NCBI GenBank assembly: GCA_016618085.1
Contig: JABLTG010000121.1
Coordinates: forward strand, 44,271-64,270
Direction: 5' to 3'
Source of the DNA: Neovahlkampfia damariscottae
Taxonomy: Eukaryota
Length of the DNA stretch: 20,000 nt
Shown here: one piece after another, positions 1 through 9,817 of the stretch
Layout: every line of letters begins with the position of its first letter
How positions within the stretch are numbered: position 1 is the first letter of the stretch
Translations under genes and position numbers: made by a program
Notes under the pieces: generated by a model
Database searches by the model: none
The model's input: the letters and a program-made list of their open reading frames with translations, nothing else
What the model was told of the DNA's origin: nothing

Positions 1-1694
1 TCTTCTTGTTTATTTGCTAAATCTCTATATAACATTGATTGTTCTGGATCTCTTTTTATATGATACAAAAATGAAGAATAATTTCTTAATACTACTGGAT
101 TATCACCATCTTCAGATAATAATTTTGAAAATGATTCATCACTTAATCTTTCATAGTATTGTAAAGTAGCAACAATTGAAGGGAAAATATCAAAATTTGC
201 AATGTTTAATAAATGTCTTTTCCATAAAGTATTCAACCATTTCATCATTTCAGATTGATATTTATGAATAGTTTTTAATTCAATCATTGTTTGAGCATTG
301 GATACTTCTGAATTCAAATTAATTTCTAATCTTTTTTTTTCACAAAAACTATTTAAATACATTGTATCAAAGAATAAAAAAGATGAAATAAAATTAATTT
401 GAGTTAATTGAAAAAGTTTTAAACGATCAAATTCATTCAAATCAGATTCATATATCAAATAGAGTGAATAAAATACAATTGTTCTTAAGCTATAATCATT
501 CTTTAATCTAATTTCATAAATCTTTTTTTGAAGATCTTTTGAATTTGTCATGTGAACTAAAACATCTACAAGTGATGCTTCAAGATGAAATGGATATGTT
601 CCTTCTTTTCTTTCATCATGAACAGACATGTCACAAAGATATAACTTGAATAATTCTCTTCTAATAATAAAACATAAAGTGAAGAATAAAATGAAAATTG
701 GTGCAGTTGAAATTATCAAAAGAAAATATTCTTTTGAAAAAATTGCATGTGGATGTGATTCTGCAAAAAATCCACTTAAAAATGATGCTAAATTGAATGA
801 AAATATTGAAATATACAAAACATTAGTTAAAATATTGTAAAATGGCATAAAATGTAATGTTATAATAATCATTGTCAATGTACCAATTATTCCAACTGAA
901 GCAGTGATAATTTGATATTGTGGCATTAAATCGACCATCAAAACTAAAACTGTTTTATATATAACCAAAGCTATAAAAAATCTATTATCAGGTCCTCGAT
1001 GAAATTCAAAATTAAATCGTTCAAAAACACTAATTATAAGTGGAAAAAAAAACTTACAAAATGAAATAATTCATAGTAATAAATATTGTCAATAGTATTA
1101 TAATAATTGAAAATGATAAAAATAAAGTATTTGGAAAATTATAACATTTTGTGTTTGAAAATAGAAATAATGTATCCGACTCTGATCGACAATTCAAAAA
1201 TGCTAAAGATACACTAAATATTGGTATATATAGTATATGAGCAAATAAGTATAAAAAAGTTGATAAAATTTGAAACAGAATTCTTCTGTGGTTGGTCCAT
1301 TCTGAAAATATGAATATTGAAGTCAATCCAAATATAGGTATCAGTGAAGTGATAACAAAAATTACAATGAACCACTCATATGGTAATCCAAAAGAAGGAA
1401 CTCTTTAAAAAAAAAATTAAAAAATATTAACTGATAAAACCTGGTGATGTAGTTCAAGTACAGCAGTATTGGAGATGTATAACCACCATAATAAATTTTA
1501 TAATTCAATGAAACTACTAATATCTGTATTGTTGAAATAACAAGAGCAAAATAACCAAAAAAATTGTGAAATAATAATTCACCGTTTAAATGATGAAATA
1601 CTTCGTGAAATTTCATAAACGACTGCAGAAATCTATTTTTATAAAAACTAGATATGGTTGAAGTGGATGATTGAGACTTTTCATCGCTCTTCAT
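1..1694 (-). CDS. TmcB/TmcC (tiny macrocysts)-like multipass membrane protein, 3' end outside window; exons 1694-1441, 1402-1058, 1029-<1
   Basis: GT-AG introns at 1403-1440 (38 nt) and 1030-1057 (28 nt) join the track ORFs to an open frame running to base 1. There are many hydrophobic helices, an MPFYN motif and a helical region (LWKRHLL...DNPVVLRNYSSFLYHIKRDPEQS) resembling the TmcB/TmcC TPR-like domain. Confidence 0.7.
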
Positions 1695-1787
1695 AATTGT
1701 ATCACCTTTTTTTGTGTAAAAGTAAATTCCACCAATAATATCTGATTATTCTTATTTTGGACAAGAAAAAAAACCAAAAATTTGAAA

Positions 1788-3167
1788 TTAAATTTGGTTT
1801 ATTTTTTTAAAATTCAAAAATTTTATAAAATTTGAACTCACAATTTTTTTTACATCTTCATTTGAATAACCTCTTTTTATCAATTCTTCAATTATTTTTA
1901 TCATATCAGAACAGTTTTCCATTTCATAAGGTAAAGATAAAACACCATCAAAATCTGAACCAAATCCAACAAAATCAACACCAATTCTATTTTTAATATA
2001 ATCTATATGATCAACAACTTTACTTATATTTGTTCTTAAAAATGGATTTTTTGATTTCCAATCATTAAATTCAAAGATAACATCTTTCTCATTTGTTGTA
2101 TTCTTTTGATCCATTAAAAATTTTAATTGATTCCATTCTTCATTTGATGAATGAAATGATTCAAAAGATATCAAAATTAAACCTTTTCTTTTTCCAATTG
2201 AATCAATAACTTCATCTTTTAAATTATTTGGATGTTGACAAATGCTATAGACATTTGAATGACTAATCATTATTTTTTGAGCCAATGGATTTGATTCATT
2301 CATTACATTTTTCATTGATTCTTGTGTAATATGACCTAAATCAACAATCATATTGAATTTATTCATTTCATCAATAACTTTACGTCCAAAAGTTGTCAAA
2401 CCTGATTTTGGTGTATTTTCATTTTCTGTTTGAATTTCAGATATTTTATTTGAACATCTTCTTGTTAAAGTTAATTTTCTGACACCCAAAGAATAAAAAG
2501 ATCTTAAAATTGAAATTGAATTTTGAATCATATGTCCACCATCAATACCAATTAAAACAGCTATTTTTCTTTCATAAAAAGCTTGATGAATATGATACTC
2601 TGAAGTTGCATATAAAAATAATTTATCATTTTCTCTAATCATATTTTTGATTGAATCAATTTGTTCAATGGTTTCTTTTAACATATTTTTTGAGTTACAA
2701 GGTACAAATATATTAAATAAAACACCTGTAAAAATACCATTCTCTAAATTTGAATAATCAGTTTGAACATATTTTCCAATTTTGTTTTTAATTTCCTCTT
2801 GTTGAGTATTTGTTATATTTAAAATATCTAAAGAAATTGAAGGTTCGGAGTTTTTTAATTGTTGAGCAATTGAACTGAATTGATTTGATGCGTCTATTAA
2901 TGGATACAAATTCAGCAACGCTTTTGCTTTTAAATTAGGTGTTGTAGGTAATTTATGAACCGTTAGTTCAATTGAAATTGAAAACAAACAAAAAATTAAA
3001 AGAATCATACAAACCAGTGAACTACTGAAAATACAACTCAAACAAAAATACTGACAAAATTTTCTCCTTGATTTTGATAATATTTGAAAACGAGAGGGAT
3101 CAAAGTTTTCCACATCGTTCTGTATTTCTCTCATCAACGCTCGTTCAAGTCGATTTGGTGGTATCAT
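1788..3167 (-). CDS. Membrane dipeptidase (peptidase M19) homolog, type II membrane anchor, probably catalytically impaired, 459 aa
   Basis: Intronless ORF from the first ATG at 3167 (the track start at 3194 is TTG). It has an N-terminal Cys-rich TM segment and the M19-type motifs PLID, GIDGGH, GLTTFGRKVIDEMNKFNMIVDLGH, ISHSN, DHIDYI and GFGSDFDG. Confidence 0.9.
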   Translation of the reverse strand: MIPPNRLERALMREIQNDVENFDPSRFQILSKSRRKFCQYFCLSCIFSSSLVCMILLIFCLFSISIELTVHKLPTTPNLKAKALLNLYPLIDASNQFSSIAQQLKNSEPSISLDILNITNTQQEEIKNKIGKYVQTDYSNLENGIFTGVLFNIFVPCNSKNMLKETIEQIDSIKNMIRENDKLFLYATSEYHIHQAFYERKIAVLIGIDGGHMIQNSISILRSFYSLGVRKLTLTRRCSNKISEIQTENENTPKSGLTTFGRKVIDEMNKFNMIVDLGHITQESMKNVMNESNPLAQKIMISHSNVYSICQHPNNLKDEVIDSIGKRKGLILISFESFHSSNEEWNQLKFLMDQKNTTNEKDVIFEFNDWKSKNPFLRTNISKVVDHIDYIKNRIGVDFVGFGSDFDGVLSLPYEMENCSDMIKIIEELIKRGYSNEDVKKIVSSNFIKFLNFKKINQI

Positions 3168-3224
3168 TTTATTGGTTCGGATTTTAGTAACCAATCAGAT
3201 AATATCTGATTGAATAAATAATTT

Positions 3225-4577
3225 TTATTTTTGATCAAATTTCATGTCACATATAATATTTGTAAATTTAAAATACTTAGAAACCGATTTTGTAGAAATT
3301 TCTGTTCTTAAAATGTTTAACACTTCTAACTTTCTCAAAGATGACAAATGCTTCAATCCTTTTTCACTTAATTGAGAACAATGAGTGAAATTTATCTCCC
3401 TTAAATTTGAAAGTTTTGAAAAATTCTTAATATTAGTATTATTAATTTCACAAAAATGCAATTCTAATAATTCTAATTTATTCAATTTTGAAATCTCATG
3501 TTTAATTTTTTAATGATTTTGGAAATAATTCTAAAGTTAATTTTGGACAATGTTCTAAATCTATTGATGTTAAGGTATTTGGAAAATATTCAAAAATATC
3601 ATCTGTAATTAATGAACTACCTGATAATTTCAAAGTTGTTAAGTTTTGAAATGATTTTAAACATTTTAAACCATCATTAGTCACACTTGTATATTCACAT
3701 ACAAATGATTCTAATTCTGATAATTTATCAAAATTTTTCAAAGAAATATCAGTCATTTGTTTTGCAACTTTAATTTCCAAGTTTTTTAAATGTTTTAATG
3801 TTGGAATTAACTTTAATGATTCATCAGTTGGCATGGTTAAAAAATGTAATTTCAATGATTCTAATTGATTTAAATTTAAAATTAGTTTTAAATGATCATC
3901 AGAAACAAATTTACATGAATCAATTAATAAATGTCTCAAGTTTTTAATTTCTGAAATTGGTTTTAAACAATCAATATCATTTGAATTTGATCTTGAAATA
4001 GTTAATGATTCCAATGGATTTGTTGATAATGATTCTAAAATTTGTGATAAATTTTTAAACTTGTGATATCTCTGCTCTTTCTAATTTCTTTAATTTTGAA
4101 AAATCAAAAGGAGAAGGATTTTGATGATCCAAATATGAATCAATGGCAAAAGTTTTCAATTTTGTTAAATTTTTACAAATACAACTAACACCTTTATGTG
4201 TTATTTAAATATAAATAATTCATTTTTTCATGAAAAGTTTTAAAAATGTTCAAAATATGACCAGAAGTGACAAACATGTTATTATAACAAGTTAACTTTT
4301 CAATTCTTGTACATTTTTTTGTAATAATATATTTGATGTATTTATTTGTCAGATTTTTATTCCATTCTTCTTTTATTAAGAAATTGGTTACTGATTTCCA
4401 ACATGATTTATTCCAATCTGAACAAACATTTGAAATGTTACAAACTATATCCTCAAAAGGTACAAAACTAAATATTTCTAATAATAAATCTTCAAAGAAT
4501 AATGAAGAATTATCCTTCATGAATAACTTCTTTGGAAATTTTGGTTCATCGTCTTGAAAACAATCACTCAAGAACAT
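3225..4577 (-). CDS. F-box/LRR-repeat protein interrupted by three +1 frame breaks (pseudogene, recoding or assembly error)
   Basis: An F-box-like motif (FFEDLLLEIFSFVPFEDIVCNISNVCSDW) is followed by LRRs spread over four reading segments separated by TAA at 4196-4194, 4057-4055 and 3504-3502. Each downstream segment is in the +1 frame. Confidence 0.75.
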
Positions 4578-4616
4578 TGGACAATTTTTATCCAATCAAA
4601 ATATGAATTGTTTTTT

Positions 4617-5860
4617 TTATTCTTTTAAAAATTTTATAATTTCTTCATCTGAAATAAGTTCTAATAATTCAGGGTTCCATTTTGGTTTATTATCTATCAA
4701 TATGATTAATTCATTTTGTTGTTTACCTTTATCAACAACTACAGCTCTGACACCTTCTTTGAAATCGTATCTATTCCCTAATTTATTTGATACTTTATAT
4801 TCCAATTCAAATAGTTCTGCTAAAGTTAATTCTGTTGCATAATGAAGTAAATGAAATGTCATTTTTAAACTATAAGGACATTTCTTTGATAAAATGTCCA
4901 ATGTCTTTGTACTAAAAATAGAATTTAATTTTTTACATTTTTCCATTATTTTTTCAACTAAATGTTGTAAACAAAAAAAAAAAAATACCTGAATTTTCAC
5001 TGAAGATTGAATTAATTTCTTGAATATTTTTTTTGATGTAAGAATTTGACAACTCATTGATTGTTAATAAATCATCTATTTCATTGATTTCATTAATATT
5101 AAATAATTTAATTTTCAAATCTTCCAATTTTGATTTGTCCTTAACAGAGTGTGTTAAAAATCCACAATACAAAGCATCTTCACAATTTATTTTATTTCCT
5201 GTTAATCCTAAATATAATCCTATACTTAAATTTGAAGGGTATCTGCTCAAAAAGTTACAACCACCTGAATAAAAATTAAGAAATACAATACATCATACCA
5301 ACATCAGGATAAAGACCAATTCCTGTTTCTGGCATAGCAAATGTATAATTTTCCAAATTTCCAATGCGATGTGAACCATATTGTGATATTCCATTTCCGC
5401 CACCCATTACTATTCCATTAATAAGTACAACAACTGGTTTAGGAAATTGAGCAATAAATAAATCCAAATAGTATTCAGTTTTGAAGAAATTACTGGCATA
5501 TTTTGAATCTGAAGTCAATGGTTTGATATCACCTCCTGCACAAAATGCTTTTGGATGATTTGAAGTCAACAAAATAAATTTCACATTTCCAATAGTTTTT
5601 GAGTTTTCAAATAAAATTATCAGTCTATCAATCATGTTTTGTGATAGTGCATTATATGCTTTTGGTCTATTTAATATAATTTCTAAACATCCATTTGGAT
5701 GTAAAAAACTTAAAACTTCTCCTTCTCCAAAATTAAGTTTGGAATGAATATCATCAATTGTCAATGAGTTATTTGTGATATTTTGTTTAATTTCTTTTTG
5801 AGTGGAACAAGTCAATTGATTTGTTAATACACCAATTCTTCTTTCAACTTGAGACTTCAT
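4617..5860 (-). CDS. HIBCH: 3-hydroxyisobutyryl-CoA hydrolase (crotonase family), about 381 aa; exons 5860-5299, 5264-4989, 4957-4727, 4693-4617
   Basis: Motifs LNRPKAYNAL, AFCAGGDI, GIVMGGG, FAMPETGIGLYPDVGG, GLYLGLTG and DFKEGVRAVVVDKDNKPKW (after splicing). GT-AG introns at 5265-5298, 4958-4988 and 4694-4726. Confidence 0.92.
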
Positions 5861-5936
5861 CTTTTTAAAAAAAACAACTGATTGGTTGATTTAACACCAA
5901 TAAAAACTGTTTTCAATTTAATTTTGCATTCTGCAG
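5861..5936. promoter_or_regulatory. 76-nt bidirectional promoter with two oppositely oriented CCAAT boxes
   Basis: Lies between divergent ATGs at 5860 and 5937. ATTGG at 5881-5885 and CCAAT at 5897-5901. Confidence 0.55.
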
Positions 5937-6741
5937 ATGAAGAGAGGAATAATCAGGGTTGGTGGTAAAGCTCCAAGAGGCGTATCAGGTGGATATGCTG
6001 AAGCACCAGAAGGATTTATCGTTCTTCCTATTATATCAAGAGGAAAGAAACCTTACAACCAACTTTCTCCTTTTTTTCTGGGACCTTATAAGGATGAACA
6101 TTCAGGTTTAACTTGTGAAATATTTGAGAACTTATGGCAATTTTCAAAAGTTTATGAAAAAATTTCAAAACATCAAGTCAAAAAAAAAATAGACGGAGTA
6201 CAAAAAACACTTTGGAAACAACAAGAAGAATTTCATGCAAAAAAGAATTCAAAAGATGAATGGGAAATTAAAAAAGAATGGTTTGAATGGAGAAAAAAAG
6301 GATTTGAATGTAAATATCCTTTGAGACATCCAAATGGAACATCAAAAAATGGATTGCCTATATTTAGTTACTTTAATGGTGAATTTTTAAGTTACATTGA
6401 TGCAAGAAAGAAAATTTATTTGCCAATTTACAAAGAATTAGTCAGAAAAGAAACAGTTTATTCTGATATTTTTGAACAAGTCAAAAAAGGACAAAATATT
6501 TTATTGATTGTATTGAAAATGAATTAATAATTATTTTAAATAGGATGTTGATGGTCCAAGTGTTGAAAAATATCCAAATGGAATTGAAATGTCATTAAAA
6601 AAAATTCATGAATTCATTGAAAATCCAAAACTTATTTTTGGTCATGGATTTGCTTGTGCTTGTGCTCTTTTAGAAGATTTAGAAAGTTTAGATGATAATA
6701 TTGAAACGAATGAACCTTTGAAAAAAAAACAAAAAAAATAA
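5937..6741 (+). CDS. Uncharacterised protein resembling DUF6939 / giant-virus hypothetical proteins, about 256 aa; exons 5937-6509, 6544-6741
   Basis: A 34-nt GT-AG intron (6510-6543) extends the ORF to TAA at 6739-6741. Motifs LSPFFL, FENLWQFSKVY, YIDARKKIYLPIY, IDVDGP and FGHGF, plus a basic C-terminal tail (PLKKKQKK). The family call is from recall. Confidence 0.7.
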
Positions 6742-6767
6742 AAATTTATTCATCATGGGATTATTAT

Positions 6768-9624
6768 TTAAAAATAATGCTCTACCATTTTATATTCTAC
6801 TTTAGGAACAAATTGAAATTGCATTAAATTTGATTTACATTCACATTTTGATTTTGGATTCTTTAAATTTGACATTATACAATGAAATAATTCTTCAGTT
6901 TCATTTAAATTTGAAATAAAACATGTTTCATGAATTATTATTTTTTGATTTCTAATCAATTTTTTGACATACAATTCTGAAATATATTTAGTAATTGTAT
7001 TTGAATCAGAATTTGGATTGATTGTTTTGAAATATTTTTCGATTGGATGATTTTTTAATGTTTGATTGAATGTATCTTTCATATTCAAACATAAATAAAT
7101 TGGAATTGAATTTTCATCATTCATAAATGAATTAACAAAATTATGAAATTTTGAAATATCTTCTTCTAATTTTGTATTTTCATTTGTTGAAGAATATTGA
7201 CAATAATTTAAAAGATTAGAAATCCAAATAATGGCTGAATTTGAATTTTGATTTAATGTTTCTTTTAATTCATCTAAATTTAATTGTTCAATACTTTTTG
7301 ATATTTAAAATTAGAATCATATGATCTTACTTTAATAAATTATTGATTAAATGAATATTATGATCTTTTTTTTTTGTAATTTGTTTATACTTTAAAGAAT
7401 CATTGAAACTAAATTCAAAATCATTTTCACGATATTCTTTCAAATTTTCTAAAAATCTTAAAAAAGTTAATTGATTTTTTCATTTTCTTCTTACGAATAT
7501 ATTCCCATTGGTAATTTTATACAACACTTATTTTCATTAATCAAATTTCTCACATTCGAATTTTCAAAAAATTTTTCAATTTTTGATAGTGTGACTTCTG
7601 AAGATGCTTCAAATAATTTCTTTTAAAAAAAGTTTAAATGTATTCTTTCTTTTACAATTTCATCAATTATACTTTGTTCTAATTCTATACTTGAAAGATA
7701 ATTTAAAATTCTATCCATTCCTTCAACAATATAATTTTGAAATTTAATATAACTCAATTTATTTGTTGAACATCCAAACGTATTTAAAATTATTTCAATA
7801 AATGATGTTTTACCAACAGATTCATCTCCAACTACAAAAATATTTGTCAAATCTATTTTCTTATATTCATCAATATATTTTTCTTTTCCCCTTTAAAAAA
7901 ATATTAATTGAATCATTTTTTACCCAATTGTATAAAATATTGAATCATGAATCAATGGTTTTGAAAATATTGGTATATTATCATCATCTGGATTATCAAA
8001 ATTAAAAATTCCATAATTAAATGATGTTTTTGTTTCTTTAGTTGATAAAAATTTTGTAATTTGTGCAATATTTTGTTTTTTTTCTTCTGATGATCCCATG
8101 AAATATAATTCATAATCTTTAATGAATGAGAAATGACCCCATCTTGGTAGAAAATTGAGTTTATTTTGTGTTGTTGATATATTAGTCCAAAATCCACTTG
8201 AATAAACCCAAAGATCATTTAACGTTTTTGTTGAATATAAATTTGATTTTTCATTCTTTGAAATTGTTAATCCACCAAAAATAAAAATTTGAAAATTAAA
8301 AGTCTTCAAAAAAAAAAATGAATTAGTTAATTATTAGACTTACCTCTGAAGAATGAAAATATCTTGCTGTAGGTACATTGATTTGTGTATCATTTTTTGA
8401 CCATATCTTATTTTCTTTAAAAAATGTAAATATCAATAAAATATCAAACGAATATCATATTCCAATGTATGATTGATGGTATAATAAAGATTTTTATAAC
8501 AAGTTAATCCACCAAATATAATTATTTTTGATCCAATAATATTTGATGTATGTCCATACAGTGAAGTTTCTCCTCTTGGTAAAAATTTCCATTTATCAGT
8601 TTCTTTAGAAAATATTTGTTACTTTTTCTTTTTATTACCAAAATTATAAGAAATAAAATCATTTGAAATGTGATTCTTTCCTTTTCCTCCATATATAAAA
8701 ATTTCTTTATCTTTTACAATACTTGTATGAAATCTTCTTTCGTTTTCAAAATAATTGGGAAGTGATATTTCTTTTTCAAATTCAACAAGTTCTGTTTTAT
8801 AACAATATTAAAAGTTTAAATTAAAAACCTGGATCAAAAACATATAAACTGTTTTTTTCGTTTTCTTTTGGACCAAATATATAAAATAATGTTTTGTTTT
8901 CAGATTTCAATACTTTACATGCTGTATGTCCATAGTAATCATTTGAATCTTCAATCTGTATATTTTTATAATGATAAAAATTATTATTAAGAGGTTTATG
9001 CAGTATATCAAAATTTTTTGATTTTTCTATCGACAATATGGAACAAGTTTCAAAAAGAGTCTCCAATGAATTTTGATCCTTTAAAGAAACTTCAAAATAG
9101 TAATTAGCTCCGATATTATGTGCTAATTTCTGGCCCTTTTTTATTTTTAAAAAAATAAAATTTTTCTTACGTCTTTTGATGAGAGACAATTTTCTCCTTT
9201 TGAACGTTTTTCAATACAATTAGCTACCAGAACAAACGGAACAGTGGAATTTATATTTCTAACAAAAGGAACCCACTAAATATGAATTTATAAATTTATA
9301 AAATGTCAAACTTTTGATGAGATATTATCAAACGAAGTTTTTGAAGTTACATCAAAAACCAACAATACAATATTAGCAAATTTACAATCTGACATTCTTT
9401 GTTTATCATTTCCTTCGATTTTAATATAAAGGGTATTTACTTGATTCTCTAACAGAAAACTGTATTATATTTCCAGAATTATGAAAGATTCTTTGAGTTT
9501 CGCACGACTTCATAGATTGAATCATATTCTTTTTTATATTCGTTTTCTTAAATAGCAGTAAGGTTGTTTCCACTGAGGGGTCACCGATCAGAACTCCATC
9601 AGTTTCATAAACCCTCGATGCCAT
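6768..9624 (-). CDS. Multidomain protein: degenerate Rho/Ras-like domain + Kelch repeats + degenerate G-protein-alpha-like domain, about 821 aa, 12 exons
   Basis: Eleven GT-AG introns (9413-9440, 9276-9311, 9136-9170, 8792-8828, 8603-8638, 8415-8449, 8304-8343, 7891-7923, 7620-7655, 7457-7494, 7294-7330) give one continuous 2466-nt frame. Rho-like: VLLVFDVTSKTSFDNISSKW, PFVLVAN, YFEVS. Kelch: GHT, IFIYGG, IFGG, PRWGH. G-alpha-like: GDESVGKTS, IYLCLNMKD, IIIHETC. Confidence 0.85.
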
Positions 9625-9770
9625 CGTCGAATTTAGTGGTGGGGTTTTATTGGTGGAAATTTCTAGAAATATTCTCTTTTCTCCAATTTAAGAATTTTGA
9701 AAGAATTTTCTGTTTTACTGACAACTTAGACTTTCCCAAATATTTTCCTGGATTTTTTTCTTTCGATAAA

Positions 9771-9797
9771 TTCGATTGGATAATTATTGGCGCCAAA
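9771..9797. promoter_or_regulatory. CCAAT boxes plus an E2F-like site upstream of kinesin-5
   Basis: ATTGG at 9775-9779 and 9786-9790. GCGCCAAA (reverse complement TTTGGCGC) at 9790-9797, 20 nt before the ATG. Confidence 0.45.
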
Positions 9798-9817
9798 CCT
9801 AATTCTGCAGACAACAC

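Noticed and set aside
4035..4060. Candidate 26-nt GT-AG intron (GTTTAA...TTTAG) at F-box break 2
   Set aside because: Splicing it puts the downstream exon in the wrong frame.
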